From: the human T2T-CHM13v2.0 reference genome, Homo sapiens
Strand: one strand, 5' to 3'
Assembly (NCBI RefSeq): GCF_009914755.1
Contig: NC_060926.1
DNA: 64,000 nucleotides
Shown: in pieces, positions 27,001-40,506 of the stretch
Numbering within the stretch: the stretch's first letter is position 1
Layout of the letters: every line of letters begins with the position of its first letter
The notes under the pieces: generated by a model
Databases searched by the model: none
Seen by the model: the letters and a program-made list of their open reading frames with translations, nothing else
Told to the model about the DNA's origin: nothing
Program-made: the position numbers and the translations under genes

Positions 27001-28427
27001 TCTGTAATCCCCAGTGGTGCACAGTGACTGCTCTCACACTGCTCTGAGAGCCTCAGGTTTTCTGTAGCCAAGACTCCAGTCCCCTTCCCCATTTGACCAT
27101 AGCCATTTCCCTTTTTTCTAATTACATAATGTGCTCCAGCAAGAGTTGTTGTTTGAGGAGGGCATTCTTAAAAAAATGAAACTGGCCGGCTTAGAGCACA
27201 AGGCCAGAGGTCCTCCTGGGAGCATGCGAGGCCTTCGCCATGCCGGCCTCACTCACCCCTGCCTCCTTGCCCCCTGATCCCCCCGGCATCCCCTTATGCC
27301 CACTGCATGTGCTCAACTACTCTGGAATCATGAGGGGCACCGTGCTGTTCCCAACATATGTGCGATGACTTTGTTATTTTGAATATGCTCTCTGCTCTGC
27401 CTGGAGCGGCCTTTCTTGTCCTCTCCTCTCCCAGAGTTCCCACTCACCCTGCAGAGGCAGTTCAACTGTCCCCTCCTGCAGAAGGCACGAACCTTCCCTA
27501 CATTCCCCACAGGCAGATGCTTGGCTGCCTCCTCTGTGCTCTCTCTGGACCCTGGGCATATCTTGATGGTAGCCCTGGCCACAGAGATCTTTGTTACTTG
27601 TCTTCCTGCCCTCCACTAGCTTATGAGTGACTTACGGACAAGATTTGCATCTCATTTGTTGCTGTGTTCCCAGTACCTAGCGAAGTACATGACCCCTAGA
27701 GCTATTCTATGTCATGATGTAAAGCAACACCATTAACTAACAGTCAGTCAACAAATATGTGCTGGAAAAGCTAAGTGGGTCAGATGAATATGAGGTGGGG
27801 TGCAGGGCCAAGGAGGAACAGGACAGGGGAAGAGGTTTAGGGGCTTCTGGGGCTGTTTATTCTGGGCTGCTGGCAGTTGAACTCAGAGCACACATGTTTT
27901 TGAGTATAATTTTAGTAGAATTTTAGGCCTAGGACAATACATCCCTTAGGAAGGCTGGGCCTACTCCCTGTGCCCTTTGTGTAGTTCTAACTGGGACACT
28001 TGTGAGAAAGGACTACTGCATATGTCCTACCTGCTAGGATAACGCCATGCCAACAGTCCTAATAGCTAGTACCTGAATTGGGCTTTGCCCTTTTGCCTAA
28101 ATGAGCTCACTTAATGCTCACAATAACTCCTGTCACTTGGCAGGGCAGGGGTTATTGTTACCCACATTTTACAGGTAAGAAAACAAGCCCTGTGGCTAAG
28201 AAACAGCAGAGGCAGCACTTGAGTCATGTCTTCTGCCTTCCAATCCCATCATTTTCTCATGCAGCCTGACCTTCTTATGATCCATGTGCTTTGGGGAAGA
28301 CATGAAGATGGAGAAAGAGTGAAAGAGTCAGAGAGACAGGGAGTTTCCAACCTCATAACGCACCCTATGTAATTGACACATCATAGTTGAATGTGCTCAA
28401 AGAAAAGACACCACATTCTTTGTGTTT

Positions 28428-28713
<286 letters not shown>

Positions 28714-28729
28714 ACACATTCTTCTTCTT

Positions 28730-28870
28730 AATTTAGTTTTTTTTTAATTGGCATATAGCCTACATACCACCGAATTCACCATGTTCAAAATGTAGAGTTC
28801 AGTGAGTTTTTAGTATATTGGCAAAGTTATGCAACCATTACCACCACCTAATTCCAGAACATTTCTATTA
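28730..28870 (-). mobile_element. L1MB/ME-type 3' end fragment abutting the exon acceptor
   Basis: ttcagtgagtttttagtatatt…ttatgcaaccattaccaccacctaattccagaacatttc. Confidence 0.7.
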
Positions 28871-28898
28871 ATTAATTTCTAATGTTTTTGTTTTTCAG

Positions 28899-28955
28899 AT
28901 TCCAATAATGAGAGACCCTGGGTGGATTCAAAATGTATGGTCTTCAAACATTAAC
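28899..28955 (+). CDS. LPIN1: Internal coding exon (57 nt, phase 0/0) of the long N-terminally extended lipin-1 isoform: IPIMRDPGWIQNVWSSNIN
   Basis: Branch-like TTCTAAT, then tgtttttgtttttcag|ATT acceptor and AAC|gtgagt donor; open 19 codons; matches recalled extension ending ...NVWSSNIN-VQTMNYVGQL. Confidence 0.88.
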
Positions 28956-31900
28956 GTGAGTGCCGCTGTGATAGAATGTCATTGTTATGCTTTTACATTT
29001 TAAGATTAGAGAAAATACTCCATGTCCAGCTGTGGTTTGTCGCCATGGCTATCTGCAGTCTCCAAGGCAGGCCTATTCCTTTCCGCTGATGCTTTCAGAG
29101 ATTGCCCGCAGCACTTGCTGGATGCTTGATTAGCTCCCCATGGAGCTGTGAACATTTTGGCTGGTTTCTAATCTCTTCTTCCTGAGATGAATCCTCCTCC
29201 AGGCAGAGAAAGGAGTTTGTCACCTCCCTGATTAAAAAGCCTTCAATGGCTCCCCAGTGCCAAGAGGAAGAGGTCTGCATTCACACTCATGTCATTGGTT
29301 GCCTTTACTGGACGATCCTTACCGCAAATGCAGTTGCACATGACTAATGAGAGCCCTTGCCTCACGCCCTGAGCCCCTCAAGGCCCTTCCCCAGATTCTG
29401 CCTCTTCCTCCCACCGCAGCCTCTTTGCCTTGCACCTGGTTCCCAGGCTTTGGTGCAGCCCCTTCAGCATCTCTGGGATTGTTTTTCATGCTTTGCTCTC
29501 TGTCTGCCCCCGAGGCTGTCTTTTTGGCTCTTCCTAGACCCCATGTTCCACAGCCCAAAGGCCATCACTACCCTCACTCCTCAAACTCTCTGAGCCACTG
29601 TTGTTTGGGTGGGGGGATATTTTGTTTACACCCTCCCTCGCCCCACTCCCAGAGGTGGTCCCAAACTCTGTCTCCCGTTCCTTTCTCCTCGGGCCTTCAC
29701 CCTGCCCTGGAGCTATAGCTGAAGCTTCAGGGGCATCATGTAATTTGCTACAGGCCCACAGATCTTACCCCTGAGATGCTTCCACTGTGGGGAAGAGGCT
29801 GGAGGCAGCGTGTGTGGATAGGGAGGTTCCAGAGGGGCTGTGGAATGATCCAGGGTAGAAGTGATGACGCTGGAATGCTTAGTGTCCCTACTGTGGCCTG
29901 GTCCAAGCCTTGTGGCTACGGAACAAAAGTAACACTTAGTCTCCACCCTCGAGGAGCCCACAGTTAGAAAGGGACACTGAAACAGAGTGTGGACTAAGGA
30001 TTTGCAGAGGACACCTGAGGCTCAGCGCGGCCGCAGGCAGAGTGAGAGGTTCGTCGTTGAGACGAATCCAGAGGCGTCAGTGACATGGATGAAGAAGGCT
30101 GCAAGGAAGGCCCGGCCTGGGCACTCTGTGAGGAGCAGAAATTTTATTTCCAAGGGGATTGGCAGGGACTGGGGCCAAATGGAGGCCAGGAATCCTGAGG
30201 AGAGAGCAGTTAGTGGCAGTTATGCCTGGAGGGAGAGAAGCTCCGCTCTGTGAGAAGGTGCAGGAAATTGAAGTAAGTGACCCCCTTCACCTGTGGGTGG
30301 GAGCGCAGGCCACATAGTCATGGAGGCGGCCTCGGGCAGCTTCCCGTGGTTCAGTCCCATTCTCCAGACTGTGGGGCAGGAGCCCATGGCTACCATGTTT
30401 CCACCCCAGCTTCTGGCCCCACGTGCAGGACACACGAGAGGCAGGTAAGGAAAGGCAATCCGCTGGCCTCCATCCCCACCCTGCACAGAGCTGGGCTCCC
30501 AGCAACACAGGGAGCTCAGGACGGGAGGCGCCAAGCAGGAGGCTCCTGCTTCAAAGGTGAAATTACAGAAAGCGTCCGCCATCCATGGTAGGGGTGTTGG
30601 ATCAGGAGTGCAAAATCTGGGCCATGGCTCTGCCACTTACAGCATGTGTGACATTGAGCAAGTTACCTGACTTCTCTGAGTTGCATTCCACATGCGTACA
30701 GCAGGATTTCAGTGAATCCTGAGCAGAAAGTGCTTGCTGTCCACCATGGGCCTCATGGGAGAGGAGAAGTAGGGCTTGTATCAGCTTGTGTGGGTGGGGG
30801 GTTCAGAAGCAATTTCAGAAAAATGCTTCCAAGAGAAGGTGAGTGTTCTGCAGGGTATTGAAAGAGCCATACCAGTTGGCCAAGCACAGAGGTAAGAAAC
30901 AGCACAGTGTCTTTGAGATTTGGGGGATGTGATTGGAAGAGGGGATGAAAATGGAGGAGGAGGATGGGTACCGATGACCAGGAGGCCTCGTCTGCTTTTC
31001 TGAGGACCTTGAACTTTATCCTACAGGTAATGGTATACAGGGGGCCGGGGCAGGTGGATTGAAAGGCCCCAAGCAGGCAATGTCCCCTCCAGATCTGCAG
31101 TCCTGTGAGAGTACAGCTATAGGGGTGGACCTGGAGGCAGGGGGGCAGCTTGGGGTCCACTGTTAGCCTGGCTGAGTGTGAACTGCTCATGGAACTTCCC
31201 AAGGCAGGTGACCAGCTGGCAGTTGGATGCATGGTCTGGAGCCAAGGGACAAGGTCTGGGCTGGAAACACCGAACTGCAGTCCACAGTGGACGGTGCGGA
31301 TCAGGTGTGCAAGGTGGACAGACTCACGCTGGAGGGCGCATGGCATGGGGAGGTGGCTGGGGCATCAGGCAGGCTTCCAACCCACACCTCTCCTTCTATC
31401 CCGGCATTGATCATTGTTGTGTCCCGCTGTCCGCAGAAGGTAGGTTCCTAAATTCCAGGAATGTTTAGTAATGAGAAAACCAAAAATGAGGAGGAAGGGC
31501 AATAGGGGCGAAAGTAAGACTCAAAGTCTCTCTCTCCTCCTGCTCTCCCTCTCCCTCTCGTTCACTCTCTCTCTCCCAGTCTCCTCTCTCTCTCTGTCCC
31601 TCTCCCTGACACTGTCCCCCTCTCTCCCTCCTTCCTAGTGACTGTGCCACTGTACTAGGCACTGGGGACACAGTGATGAGTGTGTCATGGTTAGTCTTTT
31701 CCTTCTGGAGTTCACCAAGCAGGGGAGGGGGTAGTGGGATCATAATGATGGTGCCGTGTGTCAGGTGCTATGACAGGGTTGCCTGTGGACTCGTGAGTGC
31801 AGAGAAGCCAGCGATTAATTCTCCATGGACTGGAGACATGTTTGAGGGAAAGTTTTTCTAAGAGGTCAAGCTCTTGGTTTGAAGAATCTAGCTGTGAAAT

Positions 31901-33002
31901 ACAGAAACTCAACGAAATACACACTCACCAACCCACCTCCCCCGGCTCTATCCCCAAACAAGATTCAAGACAGCAAAAGACCTGGAATGCTGGGACAAAT
32001 TGCTACACCAGAAGCAACACCATTCACGTTGTGCCTCCCTCTTGGCTGATGTGTACTTTGATTGCGACATTTCTAATAAGAACAACAATTCCCAGAATTC
32101 TAGCTTATCCTGGCCCAGTTACTGGAAACCATATTTTGCTTATTTCTTTTATTTCTTGTCTTTAGGTTGGGAAAGGACTGGACCTAAATTTTAGTTTTCT
32201 TGGAGGGAGCATGTTTTGTCGGGGGAGGAAGTGAAACTTTGTCTAGATTTACATTTATTTTTGAAACATGTGATCAAAGCGATTTATGTGGCTGGTTCTA
32301 TAGAATCAACTGGGAAATACTGGCTCACAATGAAGGCCGCAGTCTCCTGTTCCTACCCAGTTAATTGATGCGTCTTTGCACATTGCCCTGTGGATTCACA
32401 CCTGATAGAGGAGGGTCTGGCTGATTCTACAGAGCATCAAATGCCAATGATCTTCTTTCTCATAATCTAGCATTTATGTGTAATCTCATCATATTTTAGT
32501 TTGTTCTATGTTCAGATACTGCCTTACTTGTAAAGAGTTTTCTTGGCGGGGAGAGATATGGGGGGTGTTTTTCCTGGAGGTTATATTTGCCTCTCTTTTT
32601 TATTGTCAGAAGAAATACCACTACCTGCCCATCCCCCCACCCTCCAAACACAGAATGTCCTTAAACTTTGACATTAGCCTATCACGTGGAAATCATCGCA
32701 TTCTTTATTTTTAAGCCTGTAACCTTGTTACCATTGGAATCTATTCCTTCTATTTGGACGACCATATTTTTCATATGGCTTTTAGAATTTTTAAAAAAAT
32801 TTATTTAGCAAATCTTATATACCACAAATCAGGTGACAGGTTTTTTTTTTTCTAAGAGCATTAGAAATAATAACTCATTTATTCCTCACAACGGCCTTCT
32901 AAGTTGGTCCCATTATGATTTCTGTTTGAGAGCTGACAAACCAAGCACAGAGAGGCTGAGTCATTTGCTCAAGGTCACACAGCTAGAAAGTGGCAGGGTT
33001 AG

Positions 33003-33686
<684 letters not shown>

Positions 33687-36404
33687 TAATCTCTAATTTG
33701 GCTTTACATTTGAGTTGGGTTGAATTTAGAATTTGAGGTTGATGTTCAGTTCTCACAGAATTTTGTACACATTGTTCCATTACCTTCTAGCAGCAAATGT
33801 TCCTTCTACGCCTGTCTGGCTTTGGTTTCTTTGTAGGTGAGCTTTTATCTTATTTTTTCCTACTGGAAGCTTTTAGGATCTTCTGCTAACTCTTTGTGTT
33901 CTGAAACTTCACACTGATGTGCCTTGAGGCAGCCGTTTTTCATTCATCTGCTCAGAACTTAGTCTCTTGGGGGACAATTCCCTTCTCCTCTAATAGATAT
34001 CAGCTGATGAGATATTCCGAGAGATGAAAGGAAAATGGAAAAACAAGCAAAGGGTGGTGGCTAAGGACGCAAGGAGTGGTTCTCTATCTCTTTTATCTTC
34101 TATTGCCCGACTTTTTTGGTCTGTGATTTGGCAGATTTTATAAATTTCACTTTCTATTGTTATTATTTTCATAATCCAAATTGTTTACTTTTCAAACTTC
34201 TTTTTTTGTTCTCTAATTATTTCTTCTTTACAGCATTATTCTGTTTTTGTTTTATGAATGAAATAGCAACCCAAATCTGAGCTTCTGATCTGGGAATTTT
34301 TTTTCCTAGTAATTTCTCTTCTATTCCCTTCATTATTTTTATTTATTCTGGAATTGTTTCCCCTGTTTGTTATTTTTCCTCTTTCACATTGCAGGGTTTC
34401 CTCAAATGCCTGGCACTTTGTGGTTGTTTTTATTTAGCATGAACAGGATAAAAAGCTTGCCTGGAAGATCCAACTGGTAGAGTTCATTCTGGAATAAAAA
34501 GTCCAGGAGCTGGCTGTTATCTGGGGCTCCTGAGGCCAGTGCCTGCTTGAGTTCTGTAGGCAGATGGGCCCCTCCCTCACTGAAGCCCCCTTTGCAGGAA
34601 GTCCAGGGTATAGCTTGCTCTATGTTATTTTAGTCAGACTTTCCCTTTGCTTTCACTTTCCAAATTTGATGAAGTATCTTCTCCATTGAAGATGCCCCTC
34701 CTGTTCTTTACATTGCTGTGAGTTTTAAATTCTGAAGTTTCCTTGAAATTTAATGAGTTATCTGGAGTAAACGGAAAATAAATGCATGTTTGTCTCTTGC
34801 TCCGTCTGGCATCTGCCCTGGGGTTTTCTTCCTTGCCTAGCATTGTTAATGGAGCTCTTACGCAGGTGCCCCTTAACAGTCACTGAGCTCTTATCTAGAA
34901 ATGCACTGTGGTGGCTGTTATAACCAATTGCTTCTTTTTTTTTTTTTTTTTTTTAAAGCATGAATCATTGTGGCATGGATTAGCGACAGGCACTAGCACA
35001 ATCAGATACAACAATAATGCATTTAATTGGAATCGTATACAGAATGGTCATTTTTTGTTCAGTGAATTCTGAGTTGTGAATAGAAACGTTGTATGAATGG
35101 TGCATTTTGGTGTATATTTCCAATCCTCCCTTTTATCATTCCCTTCTCCCACCCCAGTGGGCAGCTTGCTCCGACTTGCTTGTCCTCCTTTCTCTTGCTG
35201 GAGACATTATATATTTACTAGCTCTTGTATTCCTAGACTACAGAAGTCTCTCTTAATTGTTTACCCCTACTGTGCCTTGCATCCTAAAATGGCCCACAAT
35301 AAAGGCAGTGATACCTTTAACACCAGTATCTGCCTAGTTCATTTATTTTTATGATGATGAGTATATTTTAATTATAGTTTATTATTTTTATTATGATGAA
35401 TATCTTTTTGCAACCAGACATGACCCATGATATGGTATTTAAGCATTCATTTAAAAATTTTTGTTGAGCACCTATTAAGGGCCAGGCACTGCACTAGATA
35501 CTTAAGCAGAAAAGGTCTCTTCCCTCCTATAGCATCTGTCTGCTGGGAAGTAATTCTACAATAATTGTATGCACAAATGGAATGCTTTAATATGTAACTA
35601 CTTTGAATAAAAGATATGTGGAACAGCCAGGGTGTCTAACAGGGAGAACTGACATAGCGGGGGAGGTTGATGATGCTCGAACTAAGGTTGAAGAATGAGT
35701 GGCTGTTGACCAGGTGAAGAAGGGGGAAGATCCATGTTGAGGCTGAGCTTGCACAAAGCCCCTGTGGTAGAAGGGAACAGAGCAAGCATGAAGAAATGGA
35801 AGCAATGCAGTGAGGCTTAAGCTTAGACCTGGGGAGAAATGGTGGAGCCAGGTCAGCAGTGGCTGCCGACATGTGGTCAGATGTTGGATGCTGGAGCTGG
35901 AGCAGTGTGTGTGTCTGGCAGAGTGATGTGTGTCTTTCTGAAGCTCTCTGGCTGATCCAGCTGTCTCCCGAGGATGCTGCAGCTGAGTTGAGCAAAGACC
36001 AAGCAGATGTACGGTGTCAGGTTAGGCATATGAAGCAAGGTGCGAGAGAAGAGAATTCAGACTGAGTAATGTTAGGACAGGGCGAGTCCTTGTCTGCCCA
36101 CGCCCTGCTCTCTGACTGCCTCCCTCTCTTCCATTTGAGATTCCAGAAACTCCCAACTGATTCCTTATCTAGACTGTGCTGTACTCTGCTTAGAACTCCC
36201 TCCAATTGGGTTAGCTGTGCCTGAATCTTCACTTCCACGTCCCCAGGGGAGGGAGAGGAGAAAATATTGGGCGGGATGTTACCTATTTTAAAATCAGGTG
36301 AATTCGCATTAATTCCTTCTTATGAAATGATATCAATATCCCTTGAGATGAATAGAGATGCGCTGGGGTATCTTGGACCTGAGATTGACAGTTACTGTAC
36401 TGCA

Positions 36405-36407
<3 letters not shown>

Positions 36408-36457
<50 letters not shown>
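36408..36457. repeat. Perfect (GT)25 microsatellite
   Basis: Counted from sequence. Confidence 0.97.
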
Positions 36458-36458
<1 letters not shown>

Positions 36459-38523
36459 AGGGGTGAGGATGCAAGATGATCTGTGCCTGTGAAGTCACAT
36501 CATAGAGATGTTAATTATAGGCCATGGCTAAAATGTGTCCTGGTGGTCCTCTGTTTCCCATTGTGTCACTGTCCAGTGTAAGGACCGAGTTCCCCAGGTG
36601 ACTTGTGCAGGGTCTCATAGTAAGGGACAGAGAACTAACCAGAACCCAGGTCCCCAGTTCCTCACACCCTGTCCAGCACACCCCAGACTCCAGAAAGACT
36701 TGTGGGATTTTTTTTTAACTGGGTCTCTATCCTCACTGTTCTAGGAGGAAAAAACATTGAGTTTGGTTGAGGCCCAAGGCAAATTTAATGTGGAGATTGG
36801 GGACAGACACTTTTCCTCTGGTGACTTGGGTCACCTCATGGACAGAGCCTGATGTCTGGCCCATGGGCAAATCTACAACTCAGAACTTTCAGACAGAGTC
36901 CTCCTGTCCCTTCTCTTCTCATGGGACAGAAGCCCTGGTCACGTAGAAGGGTGACACAAACCTCCAAATGTGGAGAGGATTCTCTAAGCAGGGTGGGGAG
37001 GGGAGAGGAGAGGAGCTAATGCCAGCTCAGCACAGAGAAGTTCAATGGCAGCTCTCAGAAGCCAGACTTGCCCATCTCTGCAACAACCATCATTCATCTG
37101 TGGTTGCTCAGGGTGGGAGACAGGAAGCTTAACACAGAATTATCCAATTGGTTTTGCAAGAGATACAGTAGTTCAGTTTGGAAGGCAGAGAAAAAGAAGG
37201 AGGGAGCTATTTCATTGATTTATGGCTGGATGGAGCATTGAAGGAATCTAGCTCCATTTGCTAAGTCATGTTCAAGACCCCTCCACAGCCCCTTTCCAAT
37301 TGAGGGTGCAGCTGGGGGCTTCCAGATCACCTCTACGCAGGCCTGACTTACTCATAGGTCCTTTTCATGGTGATCCCAAATCCACCCAGCTCCATCCTTC
37401 CTAGCCTTTGAGATTACAGACAAATGTAATTCTTCCCCTGAATGCCAGCCCTTAGACACTAGGCCTCCACATCTCCATCTCCCATTCCTCACACTGGGTT
37501 TCCTTTTGCAGATTAAGCAGCTTCAGATATCACACTTAGACCATGGTTTGGTCACCCCTTTTGTCCTGGGTCATTCTCTTCCAAACAGGAGATCCATCAT
37601 TGTCACGGCTCTGCAGTGTAATGGCCAGTAGGGACTGCAGTTTGTCAAGGGTGGTATGACCTGCAGAGAAGCCCAGGGGAAATGAATTCCTTTGTTTCAG
37701 GCTAATAGGTGTGTATTTGTGCAGCCCAAGATCACAGGGTTGGGAAAATGCAAAGCTACATGATCTTACTCTACTAAGGCTGGCGGGAGTGTTACATAAG
37801 CCAGAATCTTGTAGCCCATTGAACATGCAGGCTTCAGTAACACCCCTTTCAGTCTCAGTAGAATACTGTACACTTTTGAGGATGAGAATCATGATTTCAG
37901 AAGCAAGTGGATGTTTTTTAGCTCCCAAATTTTAATAAGGAAGATCTGAAAATACTACAGAAGAGCCTAGCACTTAGAACAAATGATTGGTGAATATTTT
38001 AGGAACAATCACACTCTCATATAGGACAACTGAATGTGCTAGATTAGCACATGACTTAAAAGGTGCTGTTGCATAATAAAAAGTCAACAAAGCATGTGCA
38101 AATCCCACGCTGTTACTAGAACCTACTACCCTGCCTTTGAACATTAGAGCATACTTTGTAGGACTCTGCAGTGAACACACATCTATCCAAGGTACCATGA
38201 ACTAGAGACAAAAGAAAAAAAATCTCTTCCCTGTAAGAATTTACCTTCCAAATGTGGCTTTTCCATCAAAGTTCAAAAGCACTGTTCAAACTGGGGAGAG
38301 GCAAGGCAGGTTTTGTATGCCTGGAAGATCAAGAGAGTTGGCTTGACTCTGTGTTTTCCCAAAGAGTGAGATGACCCATGGTTCATGAACTGATATTTCT
38401 AAGTTGCACCTTCTTTCCTGAATGTAGAGATTTGGTACTAGGCATAGTGATTGTGCCTAAGTCTTGCTAATGAGAAGAAAACCCCCTTGAATCCTAAGCA
38501 TCTATGTAAAGACTGGGAAGGCG

Positions 38524-38903
<380 letters not shown>

Positions 38904-39565
38904 TTAAGTGGCAGTTCCATCATATTTTAAAGGATTCCATTCTGTTGAATAACTTTCCATTTTAGCATGTTAAAAACTTCTAATTTTAGTTGATTGGACA
39001 ATAATTCAAAAATTGTATACTGTAATTATTCTTCATTTTATCTCTCTGATTTAGGCATCTTGATGCCTTTTTTATTCAACAACATTTATTACAAAAATCT
39101 CAATATCAAACTTAGCCGAGATACCATCAAATTTCCATATTCCCTCCCTCAATGTCTTTCTCAGTTTTTTGGAGTGCAGCATTCTGAATTAAAAATCTCT
39201 TCTAGTTAGCTTGCTATGAATTCAGAAATCAGTGGAGAAATTTGATTTCGTGAAAGAACCTGCCCCTGCTGTAATCCAAGCCTTCTATCGGCCTCTGGTG
39301 TGGACCAGGCTCAAGTCTGAATCCAGGGCTGGTCTCCTGCGTGCCCCCTCCTGAAACCTGGCTCACTCCTCTTCATCTCTTTCTCTCCTCCTCTGAACAC
39401 CACCAAATGCTGATGTCATAGTCCCCGTGGGGGGCATCAGAATCCTGCCGCCCAACAATGGCCTTTCCCAGGAGAGCCCATGCGCAGGGCATGGATGAAA
39501 GCAAGCTGGAGAGGGAGAGAGGATGGGAGGCGAGGAGGCAGCCTGAGGGAAGGAACAGGAGGGAA

Positions 39566-39790
39566 GAGAGATGAAGGGCAAGACCGGGGCCAGCCATGCC
39601 TGTCCTAACAGCAGCCACCCAGCAGTGGCCCAGCCTGCTGAGAACTAGAAAATCAGAAGAAAAAGGAGAATCCACCAGGAGACCCAGGTTCGCATGAGCA
39701 GGGGCCTTTATCTGAAGTTAATGGAAGCTGAGCCAGGTCCTGACAATGTGCCTTCTGATGGGGAGATGAGACTTTCCTCTGAAAGCTAAG
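39566..39790 (+). other. LPIN1: Probable alternative first (5'UTR) exon of LPIN1; start approximate
   Basis: Donor CTAAG|gtaaag at 39790/39791 in unique GC-richer sequence; position relative to the other exons fits the recalled middle promoter. The TSS cannot be read from sequence. Confidence 0.6.
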
Positions 39791-40128
39791 GTAAAGGGCA
39801 GGCAGGGAGGGTGGGGAATCACGATGCTTCCAGAGCTTCCCGGTGACACAGGTCAATGTGTCCCCCATCGGGCTTCTCAGGCCCTGGCTTGCTGAAGGGG
39901 GCAGTGACTGGAATTTGGGGAGACTGGAGCTGTGCAACAAGACAGGGAGTTTTGATTCTGTTTGCTGGTTCGCTCTGGGCTTTTAGACAGGTCTTGCCAG
40001 CTTTTCAGTGTAACTGGATGCTTTCTCAAGGAATTCTTGTAAGAATGATAAACTATGGTTCACATTTATAAAATTCTAATGTAGACAATAATTTTCCCCC
40101 CAATATTTTATTAACATGGGGAATGCGT

Positions 40129-40506
<378 letters not shown>

